DNA from: Clostridia bacterium
GTDB taxonomy: Bacteria; Bacillota; Clostridia; Oscillospirales; CAG-272
Assembly (NCBI GenBank): GCA_017399025.1
Contig: JAFQEK010000115.1
Coordinates: forward strand, 374-64,373
Direction of reading: 5' to 3'
Length of the DNA stretch: 64,000 bases
Part shown: positions 21,606-31,342 of the stretch, in pieces
How positions within the stretch are numbered: position 1 is the first letter of the stretch
How the letters are laid out: each line of letters starts with the position of its first letter
Notes under the pieces: model-generated
What the model was told of the DNA's origin: nothing
The model's database searches: none
Seen by the model: the letters and a program-made list of their open reading frames with translations, nothing else
Position numbers and translations under genes: made by a program

Positions 21606-22088
21606 TTATTCCGTTACGATCGTTACGGATTTCATTTTCTGCGGCTTCAAGGGTTTGTCGGACCAGTTGGTGGAAACACCCGCAATGCGGTCCAGAACAT
21701 CAAAACCGTCTGTCAGCTGACCGAATGCGGCGTAATCACCGTCAAGATGAGGGGCATCCTGGTGCATGATGAAGAACTGGGAACCTGCGGAGTTGGGATG
21801 CATGGAACGTGCCATGGAAATCACACCTCTCTTGTGTTTCAGCGTATTCTTTACACCGTTGGAAGCAAATTCGCCCTTGATCTGATAACCGGGACCGCCC
21901 ATACCGGTACCCGTAGGATCGCCACCCTGAATCATAAAGCCTGCAATAACTCTGTGGAAGATCAGACCGTCATAAAATCCTTCGTTTACAAGTTTTATAA
22001 AGTTAGCGACAGTAATGGGCGCAATTTCCGGATAAAGCTCCAAGGTCATGGAACCGCCGTTTTCCATTTCAATGATTGCTTTTGTCAT
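21606..22088 (-). CDS. peptidyl-prolyl cis-trans isomerase, cyclophilin type
   Basis: FHRVIAGFMIQGGDPTGTGMGGPGY and SMARSMHPNSAGSQFFI. ATG at 22088. Confidence 0.92.
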   Translation of the reverse strand: MTKAIIEMENGGSMTLELYPEIAPITVANFIKLVNEGFYDGLIFHRVIAGFMIQGGDPTGTGMGGPGYQIKGEFASNGVKNTLKHKRGVISMARSMHPNSAGSQFFIMHQDAPHLDGDYAAFGQLTDGFDVLDRIAGVSTNWSDKPLKPQKMKSVTIVTE

Positions 22089-22170
22089 ATGAAAAATCCA
22101 TATCCTTTCTTTAATAAATAGAATCAGTATTTTTATTTTATCACATTCCGCAGTCTGTGGCAAGTACCTT

Positions 22171-22746
22171 TCAGAATTTTTTCAAAACGATATAGGAAAA
22201 AAGATATGCACAAAACAAAAGCAACATAAAATTCACGCCGCTGTAAAAGAATATATAAAGAGATAAAATCCATAGCAACGAAAGCAGCATGAGACTGAAA
22301 AAATCGGAAATACGTGCCGAAAATTCCGAACCGAACACAGGCGAAATCAAAGAAGACAACATTCTTCCGCCGTCCAGAGGTGCAATCGGAATCAGATTGA
22401 TCGTTGCCAGCAATAGCGAAACGCTCCGAACTGTTCCGCCAATGCCGTATGGGAGAAATCCGCACAAAAGTGCATAAAATACGTTCATCAGAGGACCTGC
22501 CGCCGCAATCAGAAATTCTTCCGTATAAGAAGAAGCGGGCGGCAGGACAATGCTGATTCCTGTCGGAATGATTCTCAGGGAAATCGGCTCTTTATGCCAT
22601 AGCAAAGCCATCATCATATGCCCCAACTCATGCAGAAGCACAGATGAAAGCACGGAAAACGCATACGGGCGAGGCGAAGCAAATAACAGAAGAAACAAAC
22701 CCGAAACCGCAAACGGATGTACAGAAAAACGAGGAATTCTTTTCAA
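22171..22746 (-). CDS. M50-family (site-2 protease-like) membrane metalloprotease
   Basis: HELGHMMMA within a TM helix, and a second motif NLIPIAPLDGG. 191 aa, polytopic. Confidence 0.8.
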   Translation of the reverse strand: MKRIPRFSVHPFAVSGLFLLLFASPRPYAFSVLSSVLLHELGHMMMALLWHKEPISLRIIPTGISIVLPPASSYTEEFLIAAAGPLMNVFYALLCGFLPYGIGGTVRSVSLLLATINLIPIAPLDGGRMLSSLISPVFGSEFSARISDFFSLMLLSLLWILSLYIFFYSGVNFMLLLFCAYLFSYIVLKKF

Positions 22747-22785
22747 AATGAATTTTCCTTTCCGAAGTGATTGTTCCCATCATGT

Positions 22786-23859
22786 CTATCCTCTGTTTTT
22801 TCGTACTTCCATTAAATTTTTGGTCGTAACCGTCAGAAACGGAGCGATCAGCATACCGCCGATGCCAAATAGCTGTAATCCAGCATACATCGCACAAAGC
22901 ATGATCAACGGATGGACACCGAGACCCGCACCCAGAATCCGAGGTTCCAGAATCTGTCTTAAAACCGTAAGAATCAGATATAAGACGCAGAGTCCGATTC
23001 CGTATCCCACCTCTCCCGTCATAAAATGAAACAGCGCGAGAGGCAATATCACAATACCCATGCCGAAAATCGGTAAACTGTCCACAATTGCCGTAATCAA
23101 CGCAAACAAAAAAGCATATGTTTCACGCAAAAGAACAAATCCCAAAAAAAGTCCGGCAAATGTAATCAGAAACAACAGTAAATAAGACCTCAGAAATTTC
23201 CACGCCGTTTGTTTTAAGGTATCAATAAACGAGACCGCCGTCTCCCGCCGTTCCATCGAAATCAAAGATTTGAAAAAATGACAAATTTTTTTATAATCCA
23301 AACAAAAATATACGGCAGACAATACGGTAATCACGCAAAAAATAAAGATCTGCGGAATTGCCGAAACCAATTTGCTTGCCAAAGCGGGAAAACGGGATGC
23401 CGCCGATACAAAAATATTTTTTATCATTTCTGAAAAGGTTTGCAGCATGCTTTCTTTCAATTCCAACCCGGTCTTTCCCGAAAAAAACGGCATTTCCGAT
23501 ACAATATTTCCCATTTTTTCCACGACACCCGATAAATTTTCCAACAGCGCATTTTCTCCGCTCAGGGCTTCTTTTGCAAAACTGCCAATCTCACTAATCG
23601 TTTGCCAGAGAAGAATGCCGATCAAACCCAATAATACGGAAACCGAAAGAACCGTCAGCCCAATCGCCGCCGCGGCATATCGGATTTTGCATTTCTCCGA
23701 AATCCAATATGCGGGATACTGCAAAACGGAAGCCGCCAGAAACCCGGCAAGAAAAGGGAGCGCCGCCGAAAAAAACTGTTTGAAAAACAGCAATATCAAA
23801 ACCAATACAATGGCACCGTAAAACAAGGAGTATGACTTCTTCAATTTTTCTTTTTCCAT
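22786..23859 (-). CDS. ytvI: AI-2E/PerM-family permease, YtvI-like sporulation membrane protein
   Basis: 357 aa with ~8 TM segments. Overall resemblance to YtvI/AI-2E family proteins, from memory only. Confidence 0.55.
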   Translation of the reverse strand: MEKEKLKKSYSLFYGAIVLVLILLFFKQFFSAALPFLAGFLAASVLQYPAYWISEKCKIRYAAAAIGLTVLSVSVLLGLIGILLWQTISEIGSFAKEALSGENALLENLSGVVEKMGNIVSEMPFFSGKTGLELKESMLQTFSEMIKNIFVSAASRFPALASKLVSAIPQIFIFCVITVLSAVYFCLDYKKICHFFKSLISMERRETAVSFIDTLKQTAWKFLRSYLLLFLITFAGLFLGFVLLRETYAFLFALITAIVDSLPIFGMGIVILPLALFHFMTGEVGYGIGLCVLYLILTVLRQILEPRILGAGLGVHPLIMLCAMYAGLQLFGIGGMLIAPFLTVTTKNLMEVRKNRG

Positions 23860-23950
23860 GATATTCCTCCCATTGCAGTATTTTTCAAAAAACTTTTTAT
23901 TGAAAGCGGAAAAGATTTTTTTGAAAAATATAAAAGTGTTTCATTTTTTA

Positions 23951-23979
23951 TTGACAAAATCGATAATATATGATAGTAT
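23951..23979 (+). promoter_or_regulatory. sigma-A promoter of the LRR lipoprotein gene
   Basis: TTGACA, 17-nt spacer, TAGTAT. Confidence 0.5.
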
Positions 23980-24084
23980 GGATTATATGTAAAAATAAAA
24001 ATGATTATTCTGGATGCTTCTATTTTTACATCATAACCGATTTTAAAAACGAAAAAACAATGTTACAGAAAGGATTTCCGTATT

Positions 24085-24819
24085 ATGAAAAAAATAATTG
24101 CCTTGTTCCTTGTTGTGGTAATGGCATGCTCTTTGTTCATTTCCTGCAATAAGAACAAAAATGAAAACACCACCTCCAATTCCACTCCGGAAAGCACGAC
24201 TGCTCCCTCGCAAACTTCTTCCGACAGCAGTTCCGGATCGCAATCCGAAGAAAGCACATCGGCAAGCACCACCGAAAAGCCGCCGCTTGTTTTTGAAGAT
24301 CCTCAGTTGAAAGACAGCAACGATTACGATTATGTCATCCGCATCGCAAGAGATCCCAATACCCACGTCATCACCGATGTGGCTGTTGTCTTCTGGAAAA
24401 ACGAAAACGCCGCTTCCGAACTTGTTTTCGATGCCGAATATGTTTTGGACGGCGTAGCTTACCCCGTAACACAGATCGGTTTCGGTCAGGGTGTTATTTC
24501 CGGTTTCCATGACCGTGTAGAATCCATCACCATTCCCTCCAGCGTCGTTTCTATCGGGAAAAAAGCTTTTTCTCCTTGCAACGCTTTGAAGACTCTCACA
24601 CTTTCCGAAGGTTTGGAAAAGATCGGCGAAATGGCTTTCTGGAACTGTGGTTCTTTGGAAAGCGTATCCATCCCCTCCACCGTTCAGGAAATCGGCGCCA
24701 ATGCATTCTCCGGTTGCAAAAATTTGAAACACGTCAAGATTCCCCGCAGATTTGAAACTCAAATTGATTCTATCTTCTTCGGTCATCCTGCCGATATGCA
24801 AATTGAATATATCGATTGA
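24085..24819 (+). CDS. lipoprotein with BspA-type leucine-rich repeats
   Basis: Lipobox LFISC, a Ser/Thr-rich linker, then LRR_5-like units (ITIPSSVVSIGKKAFSPCNALKTLTL; VSIPSTVQEIGANAFSGCKNLKHVKIP). Confidence 0.8.
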   Translation: MKKIIALFLVVVMACSLFISCNKNKNENTTSNSTPESTTAPSQTSSDSSSGSQSEESTSASTTEKPPLVFEDPQLKDSNDYDYVIRIARDPNTHVITDVAVVFWKNENAASELVFDAEYVLDGVAYPVTQIGFGQGVISGFHDRVESITIPSSVVSIGKKAFSPCNALKTLTLSEGLEKIGEMAFWNCGSLESVSIPSTVQEIGANAFSGCKNLKHVKIPRRFETQIDSIFFGHPADMQIEYID

Positions 24820-24832
24820 TCACCAAGTATAA

Positions 24833-24882
24833 CAAAACACAGACCTTTGAAACCATTCGTTCTCATCGGTCTGTGTTTTCTT
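24833..24882. terminator. bidirectional terminator between the LRR lipoprotein gene and mntP
   Basis: AAACACAGACC / GGTCTGTGTTT stem with T-rich tails on both strands. Confidence 0.55.
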
Positions 24883-24892
24883 CTATCCTGTT

Positions 24893-25477
24893 TTAAATAA
24901 AGCTTGTAATAAATATTTCAAGTCCGATAAAGATCAGAATCGCACCGCCGAAAATACCTGCTTTCCCAGCCAATTTCGTTCCGACCTTCTTACCGATTTC
25001 AATACCGCAAAGGCAGATGGCAAATGTAACAATCGCAATCAGGAGTGCCGCCAGAAGTGCTTCACTCAAATTATATTCGGCAATCGTAAAGCCGACGGAA
25101 AGCGCATCAATGGAAGTGGCGATTCCCTGTACGATCAGAGCGCCAAGCGTAATCGCGTGAAGCTCAACCTCACATCCGCGGCACTTGATGCCGTCAACGA
25201 GCATTTTACCGCCAATGTAGCAAAGCAAAATCAATGCAATCCAAGGAATCCATTTTTCAAATGCGGAAAAATATTGAACGACCGTGTGAATACAGATCCA
25301 TCCGATGACAGGCATAAGTGCCTGAAAGAAAGCAAACAAACCTGCAATACCCGTCATTTTTCCGAACTTCATGCGCGGTTCATTCAAACCGTTCGCCAAT
25401 GAAACGGAAAATGCATCCATGGCAAGTCCGACACCGAGCAGAATACTGCGAAAGAAAAATTCCAAACCCAAATTCAT
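24893..25477 (-). CDS. mntP: manganese efflux pump MntP
   Basis: Two DUF204 repeats (GLAMDAFSVSLANG and ATSIDALSVGFT). ATG at 25477 behind GGGAGGA. A Mn riboswitch lies directly upstream. Confidence 0.88.
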   Translation of the reverse strand: MNLGLEFFFRSILLGVGLAMDAFSVSLANGLNEPRMKFGKMTGIAGLFAFFQALMPVIGWICIHTVVQYFSAFEKWIPWIALILLCYIGGKMLVDGIKCRGCEVELHAITLGALIVQGIATSIDALSVGFTIAEYNLSEALLAALLIAIVTFAICLCGIEIGKKVGTKLAGKAGIFGGAILIFIGLEIFITSFI

Positions 25478-25569
25478 GTTACGTCCTCCCCTTCGGCATA
25501 CTTGCCGAATCGCATTTTGTTTTTGCAAAACGCAGAACTGCGAAGTCTTTACAAAAAAATTTCATGCAA

Positions 25570-25750
25570 CAAAAAACGGACACAGTAAAACTGTACCCGG
25601 ACCTTTCAACATTGTATAAAGACTCCATGTACAATTCCGCCTGCTGATTTGCAGTTATACATGAGTCTCGCAATTCAAAATAAGCCAGACCGTACGGTCA
25701 GTATGTTGACTTATTACGCAAAACATGCGCTCGCTACTCCCTCATAAAAT
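25570..25750 (-). promoter_or_regulatory. yybP-ykoY manganese riboswitch with terminator-type expression platform
   Basis: Minus strand: ATGAGGGAGTAGCG...AAGTCAACATACTG...TTGCGAGACTCAT. These match the conserved GGGAGUAG, GUCAACAUAC and GCGAGAC blocks, closed by an ATGAG/CTCAT P1 stem. A hairpin plus T6 follows at ~25571..25604. Confidence 0.8.
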
Positions 25751-25891
25751 TTATTGTACCATAAAATAAATCTTTTGTCAATATTTTAAATAATTTTGAA
25801 ATGAAAAATCGAATTTTTTCTTTTGTTCGTCAATATCACAAAAGAAAAAGAAAAATATTTGCAAAAATATTTAAAAATAGCCAAAAAAGTT

Positions 25892-25920
25892 TTGCATTTT
25901 TGATAGTTATGCGTTATAAT
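25892..25920 (+). promoter_or_regulatory. sigma-A promoter of glpK
   Basis: TTGCAT, 17-nt spacer, TATAAT. Confidence 0.55.
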
Positions 25921-25954
25921 ATAATTATACTCCAAAGCGGAACAGTAAAATGCA

Positions 25955-25999
25955 AACGGAAATCCGCATTGAGCAAATTTTCCGTTCTGATTTCTTTTT
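25955..25999 (+). terminator. leader hairpin / possible attenuator upstream of glpK
   Basis: AACGGAAA / TTTCCGTT stem followed by CTGATTTCTTTTT. An overlapping alternative stem GCGGA...TCCGC sits just upstream. Confidence 0.4.
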
Positions 26000-26042
26000 G
26001 CAAAAAATATATGACACGAAGAAAAGGAGGAGAGGCCCATAT

Positions 26043-27539
26043 ATGAAAAAATACATTCTTTCGTTAGACGAAGGAACAACCGGCACCCGCGCGATCATTT
26101 TTGACCGCAAAGGTAAAATCATTGCAAAAGCCCATAAAGAATTTACGCAGTACTATCCCGCAGCCGGTTGGGTGGAACACGATGCCAGAGAAATTTACGC
26201 TTCCCAATACGCCATTATGACGGAAGCGGTTATCTCTTCCGGCATTTCCACAAATGAGATCGCCGCCATCGGTATTACCAACCAACGGGAAACCACGGTC
26301 GTCTGGAACAAGCTTACAGGACAGCCGATCTGCAACGCAATCGTCTGGCAATGCCGCAGAACGCTGGATTTCTGTGAAAAGATGAAAGCAGACGGTTATG
26401 AAAATATCATACGCAAAAAAACAGGGCTTCCCATCGATGCTTATTTTTCCGCTTCCAAAATCCGTTGGATTCTTGACCATACAGAAGGCGCAAGAGAAGC
26501 TGCAGAACGCGGAGAGCTTCTCTTCGGCACGATGGACACATGGCTGATCTGGAAATTGACGGAAGGCAAAGTACATGCAACCGATCTTACCAATGCTTCA
26601 CGCACCATGCTCTTTAACATTCACACGAAAGAATGGGACAGCGAATTGCTTTCCCTCTTCCGTATTCCGCGCAGTATGCTCCCCGAAGTCAAAATGAGTG
26701 CAGATAACTATGGAACCGTTTCTCTGCTCGGTGAAAAAATTCCTATTTGCGGTGTAGCCGGAGATCAGCAAGCTGCACTGTTCGGTCAAACCTGTTTTCG
26801 GGAAGGCGATGCCAAAAATACATACGGCACAGGTTGCTTCCTTTTGATGAACACAGGAAAAAAACCAAAAGTCAATGACAGCGGACTGATCGTTACCCTT
26901 GCCGCTACAGAAAAAGGAATGGAACCCGAATATGCTCTGGAAGGCAGTGTTTTTATCGGCGGAGCCGTTATACAATGGATCCGGGATGAATTGGGTTTAA
27001 TCCGAGAATCTTCGGATTCTGCCTATTTCGCGCAAAAAACATCTGATAACGGCGGCGTTTATATCGTCCCGGCTTTTGCGGGACTCGGTGCGCCTTACTG
27101 GAACATGCGCGCAAGAGGAACGATTACGGGACTGACAAGAGGGAGCGGACGAAATCACATCATCCGTGCAGCTCTGGAATCCATCGCTTATCAAACCAAT
27201 GATATTCTGATCGCCATGCAAAAAGCACTCGGAACCTCACTCCATGCACTGAAAGTCGACGGCGGTGCTTCCAAAAATCCATTTTTAATGCAATTTCAAG
27301 CAGATATTTCCAACATACCTGTGGAAAAATCCGCGGAAACGGAAGCCACTGCACTCGGTGTCGCATTTTTAGCCGGACTTTTCGTCGGATTCTGGAAAGA
27401 CAGAGATGAACTTTCCTTGCTTTGCTCAAATTCTGAAGTTTTTCTTCCGTCTATGACGGAAGATGCAAGAGAGAAAAATCTGGAAGGTTGGCAAAAGGCC
27501 GTCAAGGCTTCCATCCATCTTTCCGAGCTTGAAACATAG
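26043..27539 (+). CDS. glpK: glycerol kinase
   Basis: [27 protein letters not shown] and [13 protein letters not shown] at 26043 behind AAGGAGGAG. Confidence 0.95.
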   Translation: MKKYILSLDEGTTGTRAIIFDRKGKIIAKAHKEFTQYYPAAGWVEHDAREIYASQYAIMTEAVISSGISTNEIAAIGITNQRETTVVWNKLTGQPICNAIVWQCRRTLDFCEKMKADGYENIIRKKTGLPIDAYFSASKIRWILDHTEGAREAAERGELLFGTMDTWLIWKLTEGKVHATDLTNASRTMLFNIHTKEWDSELLSLFRIPRSMLPEVKMSADNYGTVSLLGEKIPICGVAGDQQAALFGQTCFREGDAKNTYGTGCFLLMNTGKKPKVNDSGLIVTLAATEKGMEPEYALEGSVFIGGAVIQWIRDELGLIRESSDSAYFAQKTSDNGGVYIVPAFAGLGAPYWNMRARGTITGLTRGSGRNHIIRAALESIAYQTNDILIAMQKALGTSLHALKVDGGASKNPFLMQFQADISNIPVEKSAETEATALGVAFLAGLFVGFWKDRDELSLLCSNSEVFLPSMTEDAREKNLEGWQKAVKASIHLSELET

Positions 27540-27550
27540 GAGGTGATTCC

Positions 27551-28474
27551 ATGCAGAAAATCCAAAAAGAAATTCCCTCCTCCGATGGAATCCACACCCT
27601 GCGCGGTATGATATACCTCCCTGAAGCACCGAAAGGTATTCTTCAGATTGTGCACGGTATGGCAGAACATATCGGACGTTACGAAGCATTTATGGTGTAT
27701 CTTGCGGAAAACGGCTGGATTGCTTGCGGACACGACCATCTCGGACACGGGAAAACAGCGGAAAACGATGAGGAACTCGGTTTTTTTGCCGAAAAAAACG
27801 GTTATCTTACCGTATGTGAAGATACTTTTGCATTCGGAAAGGCTGTGAAGGAACTGTATCCATCCCTCCCTCTGATCCTGCTCGGACACAGCATGGGATC
27901 CTTTATCGTACGGCATACAGTCCGATTGCATCCCGATGCCTGCAAGGCTCTGATCATCATGGGCACGGGAGGTAAAAACCCGCTTTCCTCTTTCGGTCTT
28001 GCTCTCTCTTCTGCCATTTGCGCAATCCGAGGTAAAAAGCATATCTCCAAACTTGTTCTCGGTGCCGCATTTTCCTCTTACAACAAACGGACAGGTGCCA
28101 ATATCGATTCTTTCGCATGGCTTTCGCGCGATGAAAAAGAGATTGAAAAACACGATGCGGATAAATATTGCACGTTTCATTTCACCGTCAGCGCCATGCA
28201 CGATCTGATCAAAATGCAGAGCCTTGTCAATCAGAAAGCATGGTACGAAAATATCCGCAAAGATCTTCCGATTTTCATTGTTTCTGGCGCAGAAGATCCC
28301 GTAGGAAATTACGGAAAAGGTGTGGAAGAAGTATATGCTTCCCTGATTGCGGAAGGCATTACCGACGTAACTCGGAAAATTTATCCCGATATGCGCCATG
28401 AAATTCTGAACGAATTGGACCGTGAAACCGTTTACGAAGACATTCTTTCGTTTATTTCTTCACAATTTTCTTAA
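27551..28474 (+). CDS. alpha/beta hydrolase (lysophospholipase / monoacylglycerol lipase-like)
   Basis: IVHGMAEH oxyanion region, GHSMGS nucleophile elbow, C-terminal DMRHE. Confidence 0.8.
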   Translation: MQKIQKEIPSSDGIHTLRGMIYLPEAPKGILQIVHGMAEHIGRYEAFMVYLAENGWIACGHDHLGHGKTAENDEELGFFAEKNGYLTVCEDTFAFGKAVKELYPSLPLILLGHSMGSFIVRHTVRLHPDACKALIIMGTGGKNPLSSFGLALSSAICAIRGKKHISKLVLGAAFSSYNKRTGANIDSFAWLSRDEKEIEKHDADKYCTFHFTVSAMHDLIKMQSLVNQKAWYENIRKDLPIFIVSGAEDPVGNYGKGVEEVYASLIAEGITDVTRKIYPDMRHEILNELDRETVYEDILSFISSQFS

Positions 28475-28607
28475 AATTTCATAAAATTTTCAAAAATCAT
28501 GTCCCTTTTTTCCATTCTCATTCGTTATATTTACAGTTTGTTGAATGATAACGTATAAAATCAAACCGCTTCCCCTGCGATCAAAAAATAGAGAGAGGAA
28601 CTTATCC

Positions 28608-29516
28608 ATGAATCATTACAAAATTATTTCCGATTTCGGTTGCAATTTACCCGAACATCTCGTAAAGCAATATGAAATCGAAATTATTCCTACCCATCTG
28701 CATATCGAAGGCGAACAAAGTGTTCTCTCAGATCAGATTGACATCTCAGATTTTTATCAAAAACTGCGTGAGAAAAAAATGATCAAAACCTCTGCCGTCA
28801 ATATGCAAACCTTCAAAACCCGATTTTCCGAAGCATTGGAAAACGGAGATGATGTTTTGTATATCGGCATGTCCTCCGGACTCAGCGGCACATTCAATGC
28901 CGCAAGGCTCGCTTCCTTGGAGCTTTCGGAGAAATTTCCCGAAAGAAAAGTTTATTGCGTGGACAGCCGAAGCGGATGCGGCGGTATCGGTCTTGCCGTT
29001 TATCTTGCAGCACTCAAAAGGGAAGAGAGTGCAGACCTTGAAACCAATTTCGCATATATCTCCGATATTTGCAACCGTATGCAGTCCTGGTTTTCCGTGG
29101 ACGATCTTTTCTTCCTGAAAAGAGGCGGCAGGCTTTCCTCTTCCTCCGCAATTGTCGGTTCGCTTTTCATGATCAAGCCGATCTTGACGGTAGACGACGG
29201 CGGAAAACTTTTCGCATGGGGAAAAGCAAGAGGCAAAAAAGGTGTTGCAGATGAACTTTTAAACCGCATCAATCAATTGGCATTTGATCCTGAAAACAGT
29301 ATTATTTTCATCAGCCACAGCGATTGCATGGAGGATGCCGTGAATTTTGACATGAAGCTCCGCACAAAATGGGATGTACAGGATACGATCATTACCGATA
29401 TCGGTCCCGCATTCGGCGCCCATTGCGGTCCGGGCGCACTTGCTGTTTTCTTCGTTGGAAAAGAAACGGAAGAAAACACGCAGACAGAAGAATCCGAAAA
29501 AACAATAAACGAATAA
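28608..29516 (+). CDS. DegV-family fatty-acid-binding protein (FakB-like)
   Basis: DegV-type motifs KTSAVN and MSSGLSGTFNAA. Sits immediately upstream of a FakA-like gene. Confidence 0.85.
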   Translation: MNHYKIISDFGCNLPEHLVKQYEIEIIPTHLHIEGEQSVLSDQIDISDFYQKLREKKMIKTSAVNMQTFKTRFSEALENGDDVLYIGMSSGLSGTFNAARLASLELSEKFPERKVYCVDSRSGCGGIGLAVYLAALKREESADLETNFAYISDICNRMQSWFSVDDLFFLKRGGRLSSSSAIVGSLFMIKPILTVDDGGKLFAWGKARGKKGVADELLNRINQLAFDPENSIIFISHSDCMEDAVNFDMKLRTKWDVQDTIITDIGPAFGAHCGPGALAVFFVGKETEENTQTEESEKTINE

Positions 29517-29558
29517 ATAACCCGTATCAAGAAAAATTGAAAGGAAGCATTTGTTATT

Positions 29559-31232
29559 ATGACACCCATTCAGACCATCAGCGGCAAGCTTTTCCATGAA
29601 ATGCTTGTTTCCGCGGCAAACAGCCTTGAAAACAACAAACAAAAGATCAATGACCTCAATGTATTCCCCGTTCCCGATGGCGATACGGGTACCAACATGG
29701 GATTGACCATCAGCGCAGTTTTGAACATGCAGCCTCAGGAATCCGCTTCCGATTGCGCATCCAAAGCAGCCAATGCCGTTTTGCTTTCCGCAAGAGGAAA
29801 CTCCGGTGCTATTCTTGCTCTCTTTTTCCGTGGTTTTGCCAAAGCCACCAAAGGACACGATGAAATCAATTCCGAAGTTCTGGCAAACGCTTTTTCCATC
29901 GGTAAAGAAGAAGCTTATAAAGCAGTTATGAATCCCGCAGAAGGTACCATCCTTACCGTCATCCGCAGATGTGCTGAGGATGCGATGGAACTCAAAGATC
30001 AATTTACAGACAACATTTCCGGTTTCCTCACCAAACTCCTTGAAACTGCAGAAATCACTCTCGATCAAACCCCCGAAATGCTCCCCATTCTGAAAGAAGC
30101 ACACGTTGTGGATGCCGGCGGCTGTGGCTTTGTTACCATTCTCCGCGGTATGTTGGCAGCGCTCATCGGCAAACCCGTTATCGCTATTGCTCCCAATGCT
30201 TCCGGTGTAACTCCCATCGTTCAGGAAAAAGCGGATTTTGCCGATTTCAATACAGAAGACATCAAATTCCAGTATTGCACGGAATGTATCATTGAAAAAT
30301 ATGACTGCTTCTTGGGCGAAGGCAAAGCAACCGTGTTCTATGACAGAATCGAAGAACTCGGCGACAGCATTGTTTTCGTAGATGCAGAGGAAATCGTCAA
30401 GCTTCACATTCATACCAACCACCCCGGTCTTGTTCTGGAACTTGCAACCACATTCGGTTCTTTTGTAACAGTAAAAGTAGAAAACATGAAAAATCAGCAT
30501 TCCGCGCTGACGGACGTTGCTCCCCAAGCTCCTGCTGAACCCGAAGAAGAAATCCCCACCATTGCAGCTCCCGAAAAGAAATACGGCTTCGTTTCCGTTT
30601 GTATGGGTGACGGTATCCGCGATATGTTCGGCGATTTCGGCGTAGATCAGATCGTTTTCGGCGGACAGACCATGAATCCGAGCATGCAAGACATTCTGGA
30701 CGCTGTCAATAAAACACCTTCCGAAATCGTATACGTTCTTCCGAACAACAAAAATATTGACATGGTTGCAACACAGGCTGCGGAAGCTTCCGAAGAAAAA
30801 CAGGTTATCGTTATTCACACCAAGAGTGTTCCCGAAGGCATTTCCGCTCTCCTCTCCTTTGACGAAACAGCGGAAGCCGACGATAATACTTATGCAATGT
30901 CCGAAGCCATTACCCATGTAAAATCGCTCTCCGTTACACACGCAGTCCGTGATGCTTGCATTGACGGCATTGCAGTACGTTCCGGTCAATCCATGGGACT
31001 TGTCGGCGGTAAGATCCGTTCCGTTGGCAATACAAACAGCGAATGTGTTGAAAAACTGGCTTCTTATATGAAAGAAGCAACCTATATTACCATTTTCTAC
31101 GGTGAAGACGCTGCTGAATATGAAGCAGATAAGGTTTGCAAGATCATTACCGAAGCCGCTCCCGATGCAGAAGTCGTTCTGGCGCGCGGCGGTCAGCCTC
31201 TTTACGATTATATCATTTCTGTCGAAGAATAA
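29559..31232 (+). CDS. DAK2-domain fatty acid kinase subunit (FakA / YloV-like)
   Basis: N-terminal Dak2 domain (PVPDGDTGTNM, SARGNSG). 557 aa, the length of FakA/YloV. Confidence 0.85.
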   Translation: MTPIQTISGKLFHEMLVSAANSLENNKQKINDLNVFPVPDGDTGTNMGLTISAVLNMQPQESASDCASKAANAVLLSARGNSGAILALFFRGFAKATKGHDEINSEVLANAFSIGKEEAYKAVMNPAEGTILTVIRRCAEDAMELKDQFTDNISGFLTKLLETAEITLDQTPEMLPILKEAHVVDAGGCGFVTILRGMLAALIGKPVIAIAPNASGVTPIVQEKADFADFNTEDIKFQYCTECIIEKYDCFLGEGKATVFYDRIEELGDSIVFVDAEEIVKLHIHTNHPGLVLELATTFGSFVTVKVENMKNQHSALTDVAPQAPAEPEEEIPTIAAPEKKYGFVSVCMGDGIRDMFGDFGVDQIVFGGQTMNPSMQDILDAVNKTPSEIVYVLPNNKNIDMVATQAAEASEEKQVIVIHTKSVPEGISALLSFDETAEADDNTYAMSEAITHVKSLSVTHAVRDACIDGIAVRSGQSMGLVGGKIRSVGNTNSECVEKLASYMKEATYITIFYGEDAAEYEADKVCKIITEAAPDAEVVLARGGQPLYDYIISVEE

Positions 31233-31261
31233 TAAATAACCGATCATCATTCTCAAAATAT

Positions 31262-31296
31262 CGCACGGGTTTCTCCTTTCCCGTGCGGTATTTTTT
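31262..31296 (+). terminator. terminator after the FakA-like gene
   Basis: CGCACGGG / CCCGTGCG stem followed by GTATTTTTT. Confidence 0.7.
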
Positions 31297-31302
31297 GCAA
31301 AG

Positions 31303-31340
31303 CAAAAACCTCCCAAATTCGGGAGGTTTTCTGTTTTTCA
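31303..31340 (-). terminator. terminator after the 610-aa LRR gene
   Basis: AACCTCCC / GGGAGGTT stem with T-rich tails on both strands. Confidence 0.6.
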
Positions 31341-31342
31341 TA

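Noticed and set aside
22133-23029. ORFs 22133..22465 (-), 22550..23029 (+) and 22628..22897 (-)
   Set aside because: They overlap the M50 protease and ytvI genes in other frames or on the other strand. The membrane-protein genes have coherent TM patterns and motifs.
29259-31316. 685-aa ORF antisense to the FakA-like gene (and 27296..28399 antisense to the hydrolase gene)
   Set aside because: The opposite strand encodes proteins with clear DAK2, DegV and alpha/beta-hydrolase motifs. These ORFs are artefacts of codon bias.
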